From a bacterium (lineage in GTDB: Bacteria; UBA8248): a DNA stretch of 64,000 nucleotides. A program made the position numbers and the translations under genes. The stretch is taken from NCBI GenBank assembly GCA_965221165.1, contig CBDCRP010000002.1, positions 32,001 to 96,000 of the forward strand, written 5' to 3'. The notes beneath the pieces were generated by a model. The model had not been told where the DNA came from. It saw only the letters and a program-made list of their open reading frames with translations, and made no database searches. Positions 29,979-40,241 of this stretch are shown here, piece after piece (positions within the stretch are counted from its first letter, which is position 1; every line of letters begins with the position of its first letter).

Positions 29979-31742
29979 GTGAGCTGGAAAAATTTTCGTA
30001 TACGACTTCTCGGCTGGCTGCTCCACTTCGATTTCTCAGACGATGGCATCTTCTACTTCACCACCATCATCGTGGGAGCGCTCACCGGCCTCGTCGCCGT
30101 CTTCTTTCATATCGCCTTGGGCTGGGCGCATCTGCTTCTCTTCGGCTCCCATGATCTTTCCGAGATTCACCGGGCCTGGTACTGGGTGGCAGTCATACCT
30201 GCGGGGGGCGCTTTCCTCTCCGCTCTCTTTCTTCAATACTTCGCCCCGGAAGCCCGGGGCAGCGGCATCCCCCAGACGAAAATCGCCTACGTCGCCCACA
30301 ACGGCCATATCGACAAGCGCGTGTGGATAGGCAAGTTCCTCATCGGGGTTCTCAACATCGGCTCGGGCTCGAGTCTGGGACGCGAAGGCCCCACCGTGCA
30401 GATTTGCTCGGGCGCGGCTAGCTGGATAGGCGAGACGTTTTCCCTGAAAAGACGCCGCGTGCAGGCGCTCGTCCCCGTGGGTTGCGCCGCCGCCCTGGCC
30501 GCCGCGTTCAACACGCCGATTGCGGCCGTCACCTTCACGCTCGAAGAACTCGTGGGCGATCTGAACGCGCGCGTGCTCGGGTCCATCGTATTCGCGGCGG
30601 TTTCGGCCTCCGTCGTCTCGCGCGCCATTCTCGGCAACGAGCCCGTGTTTTCCGTGCCGGCCTACTCCCTGGACAGCTCCCTGGAGTTGTTCCTCTACGC
30701 CTTCGTGGGCGTTGTCTGCGCGCTCGTCGCCGTGACGTTCATCAAGGGATTGCTTTACCTGCGATCGGGATGGAAGCGTCTGCGAGGGTTCCGTGGGGTG
30801 ATCGCCACGGGCCTCGGCGGTTTGTTCGTGGGCGTCATCGGCATCTGGGTGCCCGAGGTGTTCGCCGTGGGCTATCCCGCCGTGAGCAAAGCGCTCACGC
30901 ACAGCTATACGCTGCCCTTTCTCTTGTGCCTGCTCGTCCTCAAGCTCATCGCCACCGCGGTTTCTTATGGAACCGGCTCTTTGGGCGGCATTTTCGCGCC
31001 TACCCTGTTCATGGGCGCGATGGCCGGAGGCGCCGTGGCGTCTCTCGCCGAACTGGTCTTCCCCGGGTTCGTGGCGCACCCGGGCGGCTACGCGCTCGTG
31101 GGCATGGGCGCGGCCTTCGCGGCCGTCATCCGCGCCCCGATGACGTCGGTGCTCATCATCTTCGAGCTCACGCAGGACTACAACATCATTCTCGCGCTCA
31201 TGGTGGCCAACGCCATATCACTTGCTCTTGCGCGATACTGGCACCCCGAACCGATATACAGCGCGCTCTCCTCACAGGACGGGATCACCCTGCCGGACCA
31301 TGAGACCGAACACCTCCTGCACGAGATCCACGTGTCCGACGCCATGATCGGCGACGTCATGACTCTGCCCGAGAACATCACGATAGAAGAGGCTATCCAG
31401 AGAACAAGGGAGAGCGACATTTCCGGTTTCCCCGTTCTGAACGCGAGCGGAAAACTCTCAGGCGTGGCGAGCCGCTATGACTTCAGCCAGGCGCAGGCCG
31501 CAGACATCCTGCAAAAACCTCTGGCCGAGATTGCGAAGAAAAAATACATCATGCACGCGCATCCCGACCAATCGCTCGATTCGGTAATGGCCAAACTCGG
31601 CGACAGGCGCATCTCGCGCCTGCCGGTGGTGAGCCGTGAGGACCCGACGGAGCTTCTGGGAATCATCACCGCCGAGGACGTGATTCATGCTTTCGGCAAC
31701 GTGTGGCGCGGGCAGCAGCATCACCGGCACGAGACCGATTAG
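29979..31742 (+). CDS. ClC chloride/proton antiporter with C-terminal CBS pair
   Basis: Motifs GSGIP, GREGP, AAFNTP and GGIFAP, plus CBS domains. Confidence 0.93.
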   Translation: MSWKNFRIRLLGWLLHFDFSDDGIFYFTTIIVGALTGLVAVFFHIALGWAHLLLFGSHDLSEIHRAWYWVAVIPAGGAFLSALFLQYFAPEARGSGIPQTKIAYVAHNGHIDKRVWIGKFLIGVLNIGSGSSLGREGPTVQICSGAASWIGETFSLKRRRVQALVPVGCAAALAAAFNTPIAAVTFTLEELVGDLNARVLGSIVFAAVSASVVSRAILGNEPVFSVPAYSLDSSLELFLYAFVGVVCALVAVTFIKGLLYLRSGWKRLRGFRGVIATGLGGLFVGVIGIWVPEVFAVGYPAVSKALTHSYTLPFLLCLLVLKLIATAVSYGTGSLGGIFAPTLFMGAMAGGAVASLAELVFPGFVAHPGGYALVGMGAAFAAVIRAPMTSVLIIFELTQDYNIILALMVANAISLALARYWHPEPIYSALSSQDGITLPDHETEHLLHEIHVSDAMIGDVMTLPENITIEEAIQRTRESDISGFPVLNASGKLSGVASRYDFSQAQAADILQKPLAEIAKKKYIMHAHPDQSLDSVMAKLGDRRISRLPVVSREDPTELLGIITAEDVIHAFGNVWRGQQHHRHETD

Positions 31743-31961
31743 GCCTTCGCTTCCCGAACCCTTTGCAGAGGGTGCGAAGATTCTAATATGATGGGCTTTA
31801 AGGAAAAACAATGAGGCTCGCCCTCGCCTCAACGGGCCGCCGAAGCGGCGCATTCCTAAAGGGCCGCCTCAAAATGGCGGGTGTGGGCGGTCGCGGCGCG
31901 CTTGGAAGGATCGCATTTCAAAAGAGCGAGAACCCGGAACCAGAATGCCGGAACTACGAGG

Positions 31962-32639
31962 ATGAACCCGCAAAATTTAACTACCCTGCCGCCTAGCGGT
32001 CAGCCGACCTGGCTCAAAAAGATTTTCCAGGCGGGCTTTCGGCTCGCGTTCGGCGGAGTCGAGGTCCACGGCATGGACAACGTGCCGTCCGGTGGCCCGC
32101 TGATCGTCGCCTCTAATCACCGAAGCTACCTAGACCCCGTGATACTCGCCTCCTTCCTGCCGAGACGTGTGTACCACATGGGCAAGCGGGAACTGTTCCG
32201 CAACCCCCTGTTCGCCAGGCTCATCACCTACTTCGGCGCCTTCCCCGTGGACAGGGACGGGGCCGCGCGCGCCAGCACTTTCAGGACAGCGCTCAGACTC
32301 TTGAATCTCAACGGGGCGGTGGTGATTTTCCCAGAAGGCGGCATCGTGGATTCGACGGCCGAGGTGGAAGTGAAAGAAGGCGTCGCCACCCTGGCCTCCA
32401 TGAGCCGCGCCCCCGTTCTTCCCGTCTTTATCGCGGGGTCGAATACTCTGATCAGCCCGAGGGGAATCCTCGACCCCTGGCTCGTCATTCGCGTGGGCGA
32501 GGTCATCCGTCCGGCGCAAGGAAAGGGCCGGGAATACCGCAGAGAATTCGCTCAAAACATCGCCGATGGGATATTGAAACTGGAGGCGGATTTTCTGGCC
32601 GCAAAAAGAGAAGGCAAGAAGCAGGGAACGAAGTTATGA
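31962..32639 (+). CDS. 1-acyl-sn-glycerol-3-phosphate acyltransferase (PlsC family)
   Basis: Motifs NHRSYLD, K.ELF and IFPEG. Confidence 0.9.
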   Translation: MNPQNLTTLPPSGQPTWLKKIFQAGFRLAFGGVEVHGMDNVPSGGPLIVASNHRSYLDPVILASFLPRRVYHMGKRELFRNPLFARLITYFGAFPVDRDGAARASTFRTALRLLNLNGAVVIFPEGGIVDSTAEVEVKEGVATLASMSRAPVLPVFIAGSNTLISPRGILDPWLVIRVGEVIRPAQGKGREYRREFAQNIADGILKLEADFLAAKREGKKQGTKL

Positions 32640-32696
32640 CGCTTGGGGAGTATTTTGCGCCATTCCCTAAAACAGGCATATTTAGACGAGCGCCGG

Positions 32697-32744
32697 CAAA
32701 AAGAAACCCCGCCATCTGCGCAAGGTGACGGGGTTTCTTTTTTG
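32697..32744. terminator. Bidirectional rho-independent terminator
   Basis: AAAAAGAAACCCCG...CGGGGTTTCTTTTT inverted repeat between convergent genes. Confidence 0.8.
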
Positions 32745-32827
32745 GGGAGGCTATCCAGGAACAGGCGGCTCTCCCGCCCAAGCGCCTCTCTATTCAACTG
32801 GAGAGCTGCAAGCCTCGAACGAAAAAC

Positions 32828-34180
32828 CTAGAAGCTATACACAAGCCCCAGTTGCAGGCGCGTCGCGTCGCCCTTTCTGCCGTCGTTGGTCTCGCGCCAG
32901 CCTTGTATGAGTTCTGCTCCAACACGCATCTTGGGCGCAGGCGACCACCAGATGGTGGCGTGCAGCGTACGCTGCGACTGGCTGAGATTCGCATACGTCG
33001 CCTTGGCGTCGCCGAAATCGCTCTCGACCCAACCGTAGTACACGCCCGAACTCACGGAGCCGCTCCAGTTGTGCGTGAGGCCGACAAAACCGCCCATCAA
33101 ATCCAGGGCTTCCAGTTCGCCCCCCGCACCCAGGACGGCGGCGGCGGGCGCTCCGATCATGGAGTTCAAACCGCCTTGGCCGACGTTGAACGTCCCCCAC
33201 AGTCGGGTGTTTTTCCCCAAGCCGAGGTTCGCGCCGAGGTGGAGGGCGGTGATCGTGAGGCTTTCTTCCACCGCGCCTGCTTCGTAGAGAACCTGCCCCA
33301 TCAGGCCCGACACGTTAATGGCGCCCCAACTCGTTTTCATTCGCAGAGCAGCTATAAAATTCGGCATCCGATCCTGGGAGGACTTCGTGAGATAATCCGG
33401 TTCATCGGGCTCCCCCCTTTTAGGATTGTCACCAGTCAGAATAGTCGGGGCGCCGGGATCTTCGAGCGCGACCTGGGCGGTGAGGTTCTTCCCCATGGCC
33501 GAGGTATAGCGCAACTGAGGAGTGCGCGCGGCGACCACGCCCACCGGCCCCTCTAAGTCCACCGTGTCGGCGTAGGTATTCTCGTCCCCCAAGATTGACC
33601 AGGTCCGGCCCGCAAGAACAGAACCCAACGAAGCGTAGGCGTGGCGAAGGCGCAGGTGTATGTCGTCGTTGTAGTAGAAATCGGTCTCGATGCGGGTTTT
33701 GAGCGCACCCTTATTCGTCGGCGTCAGGCTGTCAAACCGGAGACGCGTCTGCTTGGCGTGCATGGAAAAGTTGCGCTTGCGCTTACCACTGTCATCGCCA
33801 TCCAGGAGAATGCCACTCGGGCTGCCCCCGGAATCGTAACCGAAAAAGGAATCGCCGATATCCTGGTCGAAATCGTAGATCGCGTCGAGCTTGACGTAGC
33901 CGCTGAAGGAGACCGACGTGTTGCTACCCGGCATCTTCCAGGACCCCGGAAAATCGCCGGTAGCCACGGCCTTTTTCTGGACGGCTTCCGCCGCGGCCTT
34001 CATATCGGCCTTCATCTTCTTCTCTCGGGCCTCGAGGCCTTCTAGCCGTTTCATGAGCGCTTTGATCTGCGTCTTCAGATCGTCGATCTCTCCGCCGGTG
34101 GCCGGCGCAACGAACAACGCGAGAGCCATGACGAAACCGACGAGTGCGAAGCCGACACGATTTTTCCGGTTTTTCCTCAT
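32828..34180 (-). CDS. DcaP-family outer membrane porin
   Basis: Signal peptide, coiled-coil, GYVKLDAIYD, QTRL, RLRHAY, PQLRYT and terminal YSF. Confidence 0.85.
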   Translation of the reverse strand: MRKNRKNRVGFALVGFVMALALFVAPATGGEIDDLKTQIKALMKRLEGLEAREKKMKADMKAAAEAVQKKAVATGDFPGSWKMPGSNTSVSFSGYVKLDAIYDFDQDIGDSFFGYDSGGSPSGILLDGDDSGKRKRNFSMHAKQTRLRFDSLTPTNKGALKTRIETDFYYNDDIHLRLRHAYASLGSVLAGRTWSILGDENTYADTVDLEGPVGVVAARTPQLRYTSAMGKNLTAQVALEDPGAPTILTGDNPKRGEPDEPDYLTKSSQDRMPNFIAALRMKTSWGAINVSGLMGQVLYEAGAVEESLTITALHLGANLGLGKNTRLWGTFNVGQGGLNSMIGAPAAAVLGAGGELEALDLMGGFVGLTHNWSGSVSSGVYYGWVESDFGDAKATYANLSQSQRTLHATIWWSPAPKMRVGAELIQGWRETNDGRKGDATRLQLGLVYSF

Positions 34181-34271
34181 TCCTCACCTCCCCGTAAAGG
34201 TCAAGAAGCGAATTTTCTTTCCACATTGGTTTTCGTATCCGGGAACAAAACACCGTAGCCGACAACTCGGT

Positions 34272-35138
34272 TCAAGACCCGCCCAACGCCTTCAGAATGG
34301 TTCGCCTGATCAGGATGGGCGTCACCTGCTTTCTGTAGTCGCCGCTCGCGCGGATATCGGTCAAAGGCTCCAGGTCCGCAAGCGCGTCCGCGAGCACGGC
34401 GTCGATGTTCTCCCCGTTGAGTTCCTTGCCCTGCAGACCCTCTTCCGCCGCCGTGAGGCGTCTGAACACGGCCTCCGCTCCCCCCAAGCCGATTCTCACT
34501 TCTTTGGCCGTCTTGCCGTCGTCTTCGGTGAGCACCGCGGTGGAGATGGATACGCAGGGCTTGTCTTCTTTCGAGCGCGTGGTGAAGCGCGTGTAGGCCG
34601 TTCTGAATCCATCGGGCAGCGGGTCGACCTCGATCGAGCACAACAACTCATCCTCATCCAGAGCGCACTCGTAATAGTCCGTCCAGAACTCCGTGGCTGG
34701 AATCACGCGTTCCGTACCGTCCGCCTTTTTGGTATTCATACGGGCTTCATAGACCAAAAACGCAGCCGGAGGATCAGAGGCCGGTTCCGCGAAACACAGA
34801 TTGCCTCCCACCGTCCCCTGGTTTCGGATGCGAATCGTCGCCACGTTGTGGAAGATTTCCGCGAGTAGCGGAAAACGCTCCTGAACGAGGGGAGAGGTCT
34901 CGATCTTGCGGTGCACCGTCTTCGCCCCGATACGGACTCCGCCGTTTTCGGTCGCTTCGATGAAATCCAGATCTTCCGCCCCCGCGATGTCTATCAACAC
35001 TTCGGGTTCATAGACTCGCGATTTCATGAGAATCGAGAGGGCGACGCCGCCGGCAAACACTTTCCCGTCCTCGCCGTGCTCCTTCATCGCGGCGAGCGTT
35101 TCCTCCACGCTGTTCGCGGATAGATGCCGAAAAGCCAT
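34272..35138 (-). CDS. Xanthine dehydrogenase-family FAD subunit (CoxM-like)
   Basis: Motifs AGG, IRNQGTVGGNLC.AEPASD and DIRASGDYR. Confidence 0.9.
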   Translation of the reverse strand: MAFRHLSANSVEETLAAMKEHGEDGKVFAGGVALSILMKSRVYEPEVLIDIAGAEDLDFIEATENGGVRIGAKTVHRKIETSPLVQERFPLLAEIFHNVATIRIRNQGTVGGNLCFAEPASDPPAAFLVYEARMNTKKADGTERVIPATEFWTDYYECALDEDELLCSIEVDPLPDGFRTAYTRFTTRSKEDKPCVSISTAVLTEDDGKTAKEVRIGLGGAEAVFRRLTAAEEGLQGKELNGENIDAVLADALADLEPLTDIRASGDYRKQVTPILIRRTILKALGGS

Positions 35139-35157
35139 TTTTTATCCCCTCTCTTCG

Positions 35158-37443
35158 CTATTCGCCGTTTTTCTCGTTCAATGCCGCCAGCACTTTTTCG
35201 GGCGTTATCGGCAGCGACGTGATACGAACGCCCACGGCGTCATAGATCGCGTTGCCTATCGCCGCCGAGGTGCCCAACTGCGCCATCTCGCCCAGCCCCT
35301 TTGCGCCATACGGCCCCGAGGGATTTTCCGTCTCGATGAGCACGGTTTCGAGTTCGGGCAAATCCTGGGTCGTCGGCAGCTTGTAGTCGAGCCAGTTCGC
35401 GTTCACCGGCTGGCCGTCTTCGACCTCGAAATCCTCCATTATGGCGTAGCCCACGCCCATCAGCGCGCCGCCGTCCACCTGGCCCTGCGCGCCGGCGGGG
35501 TTCACGATGGTTCCCACGTCGTTCGTGCTGATGACCCGCAATACCTCGAACGCGCCGGTTTCGGTGTCCACTTCCACCTCCGCCACCTTCGCGCCGTAGG
35601 CATAGGCCGCGGACCAGTTTCCATAACCCGTCACGGGGTCGGGCGTCTCGCTCGGCGAGTCATAAGAAGACGCCGTATAGACGGCCTCGCTGCCCTCTTT
35701 CTCGTATATCTTCATGTAGGCTTCGCTGTGGGTCACCTGCCGCTCGGGAGAACTGGTGACGAAAATTTTACCCTCGCGCGCGTCCAGGTCGTTCGGGTCG
35801 CACTCGAGCAGTTCCGCCGCGCCCTTGAAGAGCATGTTCTTCGCCTGGACCGACGCCAGGCGCGTAGCCTCGCCGTCAATGGTCGTCGTGCGGCTTCCAC
35901 GCACGCCCCATCCGTAGGGGTTCACCGCAGTATCCCCGTTGATGATCCGCACGTCCTCAACGCGCACACCCAACGCTTCGGCGCAAATCTGCGCGAGCGT
36001 GGTGTCCGAGCCGTTGCCCATCTCGATGGTGCCCGAGAGCAACTGCACGGTGCCGTCCTTGTTCATCTTGATGAACGCGCCAGCCGTCTCCGGTCCCATC
36101 GCGCGCGCGCCGGTGAAATGAACCGCCGCGGCCAGCCCGAAGCCGCGCTTTTTCCCGTTGCTGCTCGGTTGTTCCTGACGCCAGGGCACCCGCTTGACCG
36201 CCTCCTGTACGCACTCCGAAACGCCGCAACTCGTGATCTTGGCCCCGATGATGGTGGTGTCGCCCTTCCTCACGAAGTTCTTGATACGAAACTCCGCCGG
36301 GTCCATGCCGATTTCCTCGGCGTGTTTCTCCATGGCGAGTTCAGAACCAAAGGAATAGCCGCCGTTGCCTATGCCGCGCATCGCGCCGCCGGGCGGCACG
36401 TTCGTGCAGACGACGTCGGCATGGTGGCGATAGGCCTTGTAGTTGTAGATGCTCCCGCCCATGTGCGCCGTGATGCCGCCGACCGCAGGGCCGTAATCCG
36501 AATACCCGCCGTTTTCCACCACCATCCGGGTGTCGCGCGCCAGGAGCATGCCGTCCTTGTCGGTGGCGATGCGCCACACGTGGAACTGCTTCGTCCGGTG
36601 GGTGCCGAGAAGGAACTCCTCTTCGCGGTCATAGTAGAATTTCACGGGAAGATACAGCTTTTTCGCCGCGATGATGGAGAGGAAATCGATGTTGAACTTG
36701 CTCGTCGCCTTTCCGCCGAAACCCCCGCCCACGTAGTTCGTGATTACGCGAATCTGAGCCTCCGGGATCTTCAGGAGTTTCGAGAAATACTGGCTCGAAA
36801 GACTCGGGCATTGCGAGGAGTTGTAGACCGTCACGTCGCCCTTCTGCGACCATTCGGCGATGGAGACGTGCATCTCGAAAGAGCCGTGCATCTGGCGCGA
36901 GGAGGAGGTGGCCAACTCGCTCACGTGGTGGGCCTCGTCGAACATCCGCTCCACGTCACCGAATTCCATGTGCTTGGTGAAGGCGATGTTGTTCGGGTAT
37001 CTGTCATGGAGGATGGGAGCGCCCTCTTGCATCGCCTCGTGCGGATCGAACACGGCGGGAAGCTCCTCGTAGTCCACGTCGATCAAATCGAGCGCCTCTT
37101 TCGCGATGTCTTCGGAAGTCGCCACGACGGCCACCACCGAGTCGCCCACGAAGCGCACCTTGTCCGTGGCGAGGGGACGCTGATCGTAGCAGACGGGTAC
37201 GACGCCCCATTCCACTTCGTCGGGTATGTCCTTCGACGTCATCACGAGCTTGACGCCGGGGAGCCTCTCGGCGCGGCTGGTGTCGATGTTCCTGATCCGC
37301 GCGTGCGGGAGGGGACTTCCCAACAGCTTCCCGTGAAGCATTTTGGGCAACTGAAGGTCAAGGGTGTACATGGCCCGGCCAGTCACTTTTTCCGGCCCAT
37401 CGACGCGAGGCACGCTTTTTCCGACGTATGAGAGTTCAGCCAT
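35158..37443 (-). CDS. Xanthine dehydrogenase-family molybdopterin-binding large subunit
   Basis: Motifs VGGGFGGK, AMRG.G, EMGNG..T, QVDGG..MG and GAKGLGE. Lacks the CODH AYxCSFR/AYxGAGR motifs. Confidence 0.92.
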   Translation of the reverse strand: MAELSYVGKSVPRVDGPEKVTGRAMYTLDLQLPKMLHGKLLGSPLPHARIRNIDTSRAERLPGVKLVMTSKDIPDEVEWGVVPVCYDQRPLATDKVRFVGDSVVAVVATSEDIAKEALDLIDVDYEELPAVFDPHEAMQEGAPILHDRYPNNIAFTKHMEFGDVERMFDEAHHVSELATSSSRQMHGSFEMHVSIAEWSQKGDVTVYNSSQCPSLSSQYFSKLLKIPEAQIRVITNYVGGGFGGKATSKFNIDFLSIIAAKKLYLPVKFYYDREEEFLLGTHRTKQFHVWRIATDKDGMLLARDTRMVVENGGYSDYGPAVGGITAHMGGSIYNYKAYRHHADVVCTNVPPGGAMRGIGNGGYSFGSELAMEKHAEEIGMDPAEFRIKNFVRKGDTTIIGAKITSCGVSECVQEAVKRVPWRQEQPSSNGKKRGFGLAAAVHFTGARAMGPETAGAFIKMNKDGTVQLLSGTIEMGNGSDTTLAQICAEALGVRVEDVRIINGDTAVNPYGWGVRGSRTTTIDGEATRLASVQAKNMLFKGAAELLECDPNDLDAREGKIFVTSSPERQVTHSEAYMKIYEKEGSEAVYTASSYDSPSETPDPVTGYGNWSAAYAYGAKVAEVEVDTETGAFEVLRVISTNDVGTIVNPAGAQGQVDGGALMGVGYAIMEDFEVEDGQPVNANWLDYKLPTTQDLPELETVLIETENPSGPYGAKGLGEMAQLGTSAAIGNAIYDAVGVRITSLPITPEKVLAALNEKNGE

Positions 37444-37788
37444 CACAACCTCCACTCGTTCGCGGCTTCAAAACGCATGCCGCAGGGCATTTTTATTTTC
37501 TTATCCTTCGGTTGATGTTCAGGTGCATATACCATTCCCACTCCATCGCAATCCCCCCGGGACTCGACAGAACGCGATGTCGTCCTCATTGTATTCGATG
37601 AGGCTATCATAACAACTCCAGGGGCAAAATAAAACCCCCCAAAAATCGCCAAAAGAAGCCTCATGGCATTTCGGGAAATAGCCCCTCCCGCTTCCTCCCC
37701 TTCGGTTTGTGGTGTATTATCCGCCGACATAAGCAACAATGTGACAGATTTTCCGTTCATACCAAAAACCCAGGGTTGGAGTGACGCA

Positions 37789-38535
37789 ATGCCCATTCGT
37801 TTTGATTTTCAGGGCCGCAAGGTCATCCTCACGGGCGCGGCGGGCGCCATGGGAAGCCGCATCCTGCAAGGATACTTAGAAGCCGGCGCCAAGGTTTTCG
37901 CCACCGACAGAGAAGGAGCGGCCTTCGATGCAATCGACGGCCCATCCGATCAGCTCTTCAAGCTCCCCTGCGATCTGACCGATCTGGACGCCATCCGCAC
38001 CACCATGCGCGAGGCCTTGAGCTGGCTCGACGGGTGTGACGTGCTGGCCAACGTGGCCGGCTACATGCCGATTCGCCCGCCGATGGAACTCGAAGAAGAG
38101 GACTGGGACGTGGTGCTGGACGTGAACCTGCTGGCCCCTTATTTCTGCATTCAGGAAACCATCGAGGCCCTCAAGGCATCCGGCACGGGGCGCATCATCA
38201 GTTTCGCTTCCATCGCCGGCAAAATGGGGGGCATCGGGCCAAACCTCACCTACGCCGCCGCCAAGGCGGGCCTGCTCGCCATGACGTTCAACCTGGCGCG
38301 CGAACTCGCCAAGACGGGCGTGACGATAAACACCATACAGCCGGGCCCGGCCGATACGGGCCTTCATTTCCAGTCCCCGCCCGAGATGCTGGTGAACGCC
38401 GAGAAGGCCCACCCCATGGGCCGGCTCACGACGCCGGAGGACGTGTGGCAGACCGTCTTGTTCCTCTCGAGCGAGGAAGCCGCCCACATCAACGGAGAGG
38501 CCGTGGACGTGAACGGCGGCTTCTGGACGGACTAG
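37789..38535 (+). CDS. Short-chain dehydrogenase/reductase
   Basis: Motifs TGAAGAMG, NVAG, YAAAK and VNGG. Confidence 0.9.
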   Translation: MPIRFDFQGRKVILTGAAGAMGSRILQGYLEAGAKVFATDREGAAFDAIDGPSDQLFKLPCDLTDLDAIRTTMREALSWLDGCDVLANVAGYMPIRPPMELEEEDWDVVLDVNLLAPYFCIQETIEALKASGTGRIISFASIAGKMGGIGPNLTYAAAKAGLLAMTFNLARELAKTGVTINTIQPGPADTGLHFQSPPEMLVNAEKAHPMGRLTTPEDVWQTVLFLSSEEAAHINGEAVDVNGGFWTD

Positions 38536-38555
38536 CGGAGAAGAAGGAGAACACC

Positions 38556-39389
38556 ATGTCGAGCGACAACCCGAAAGGATATGCGAATCCCGACCTGCTC
38601 TGGTCGGCCGCGCAACTCAAAGAACGCATGGACGACCCGAATTTAAAAATCATCGACACGCGCCCCGGCGAGCGATACACGATGGGCCACATTCTCGACG
38701 CGCGGCATTTCGACGTCTACGGCGTGAACAGCGATGATTCGAGCGAGGCTCCGCTCCGCAATTTCTTCAACATGTGGGCGTTTCTGCTGGGGAACCGGGG
38801 AGTGTCGTTCGAGAACGCAATCGTCTTCTACGACGACTTCGTCGGCAACACGAGCGTACGCGGGTTCTGGATGCTCGAGCTTTTCGGCCACAAGGACGTC
38901 CACGTGCTCGACGGAGGCTACGGCGCATGGGAGCGGGCGGGTTTCGAGATGACGCGCGACGCAGAAGTGCCCCAAGCCGCTTCTTTTAAGATGGCGTTCG
39001 AGCCGCATCGCCTCGCCACGCGAGAAGACGTGATGGCGGCTATCGAGGACGACAACCACATGCTGCTCGACACCCGCTCGATAGAAGAATGGGAGGCAAC
39101 GAGCGTGCGCGCCAAGCGGAGCGGAATCATTCCCGGCGCCGTCTGGCAGGAGTGGCTCCGGCACTTGACGCCCGAGGGCGAGATGAAGCCTGCGGCGGAG
39201 CTTCGTGCCCAGTTCGAGGCCATCGGGATCACGCCCGAAAAAGAAGTGACCGCCTACTGACAGACGGGCTACCGTGCGGCGCACGGCTATTTCGCCCTGA
39301 GACTTCTGGATTATCCCAAAGTCAGAAACTACATGAGTTCCTGGAAGGAATGGGGCAATCGCGAGGATACGCCCATCGCGCAGGCGTAA
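38556..39389 (+). CDS. Tandem-domain rhodanese/sulfurtransferase, probable selenoprotein
   Basis: The ORF stops at TGA 39258-39260 in EVTAY-U-QTGYRA. The frame continues with the rhodanese C-terminal signature [12 protein letters not shown] to TAA 39389. Confidence 0.9.
39272..39286 (+). promoter_or_regulatory. Candidate bacterial SECIS hairpin
   Basis: CCGTGC-GGC-GCACGG perfect stem starting 11 nt after the in-frame UGA, with a G-led loop. Confidence 0.65.
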
Positions 39390-39425
39390 AACGTGAACTA
39401 AGGCACTGGCCTTATCTTCATGTTT

Positions 39426-40241
39426 TCACACGTTTCGCACTTTCCTGCCAAGAAGTTTGTTCGGTGGCAAATACGCTACAGGATCACAAAAGCGAGGCCC
39501 GACTTGGCGGAGCCAAGAGTCGAACCATACGTACCACGCCAAGAGAGCATTTTCACCAAAATTTGCTATTTTAACCGACTCCAGACTTAGAGACGGTAGG
39601 GCATTAGGCGATTGAGTCTGAAATCTTTCCCTATAAGGACTATTTGGTTGTCCCAATGTCGAAAGCTCAAGGAATTGACCAGAACGCGCTACTAGTTTGT
39701 TGAGGACCAAAATGAGATCTGGGCGCTCCAATGAGGATGATTCTTCTAGTATATCCAATAAGTTTTTCTTCACGGTCTCGGGTTCTGGTGAATCGAAGGC
39801 CCATATTACGAAAAGGGAATCCGTAATTCTCATAGGTGTCCCTGCATCACAGAATTTTCGTACCAGCTTCTTAAATTTTTTTCCTTTTTCAATAGCGTCT
39901 TCCAACTCATGTCGCCCAAGATTAGTTTTAACTTCGATTAAGGCATAAACAGATTCAACAGGCCACATCTTTTTAGGAGCATCTGGCAATAAGGGAGAAT
40001 TGTTTAGATGATCAACGATCATTAAGTCGGCTTGTCCCGAAGATTCTCCATTATGTGAAATTATAAACCCAGTGCTTATCCCAAACCGCTTAGGTAAATG
40101 ACTCTCTAAAAATTTTTGGACAAGATCTTCACGATTTTCACCAGCCGATGGCCGATGCAACGCAAAATCCTGACGTATCCGCTTAGAACGCAACGCCATT
40201 TCTTCGGTGACATAACTCATATGGTCAGAAAGTTTCATCAT
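39426..40241 (-). CDS. DUF6602-like protein (restriction endonuclease-like fold), AT-rich insertion
   Basis: GENRE..V..FL..HLP, SGQADLMIVD and PVESV..LIEVKT. Visibly lower GC than its flanks. Confidence 0.7.
   Translation of the reverse strand: MMKLSDHMSYVTEEMALRSKRIRQDFALHRPSAGENREDLVQKFLESHLPKRFGISTGFIISHNGESSGQADLMIVDHLNNSPLLPDAPKKMWPVESVYALIEVKTNLGRHELEDAIEKGKKFKKLVRKFCDAGTPMRITDSLFVIWAFDSPEPETVKKNLLDILEESSSLERPDLILVLNKLVARSGQFLELSTLGQPNSPYRERFQTQSPNALPSLSLESVKIANFGENALLAWYVWFDSWLRQVGPRFCDPVAYLPPNKLLGRKVRNV

Noticed and set aside
31805-31865. Fluoride riboswitch near the ClC gene
   Set aside because: The consensus match is poor, it lies downstream of the gene, and the ClC has canonical chloride-type GSGIP/GREGP motifs.
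35026-37431. 801-aa plus-strand ORF, and similar long antisense ORFs elsewhere
   Set aside because: It mirrors the Mo-subunit gene in a GC-rich genome and has no recognisable motifs.
37443-37796. 117-aa ORF as the missing 2Fe-2S subunit
   Set aside because: It has no Cys motifs, and the region looks like a divergent promoter interval.
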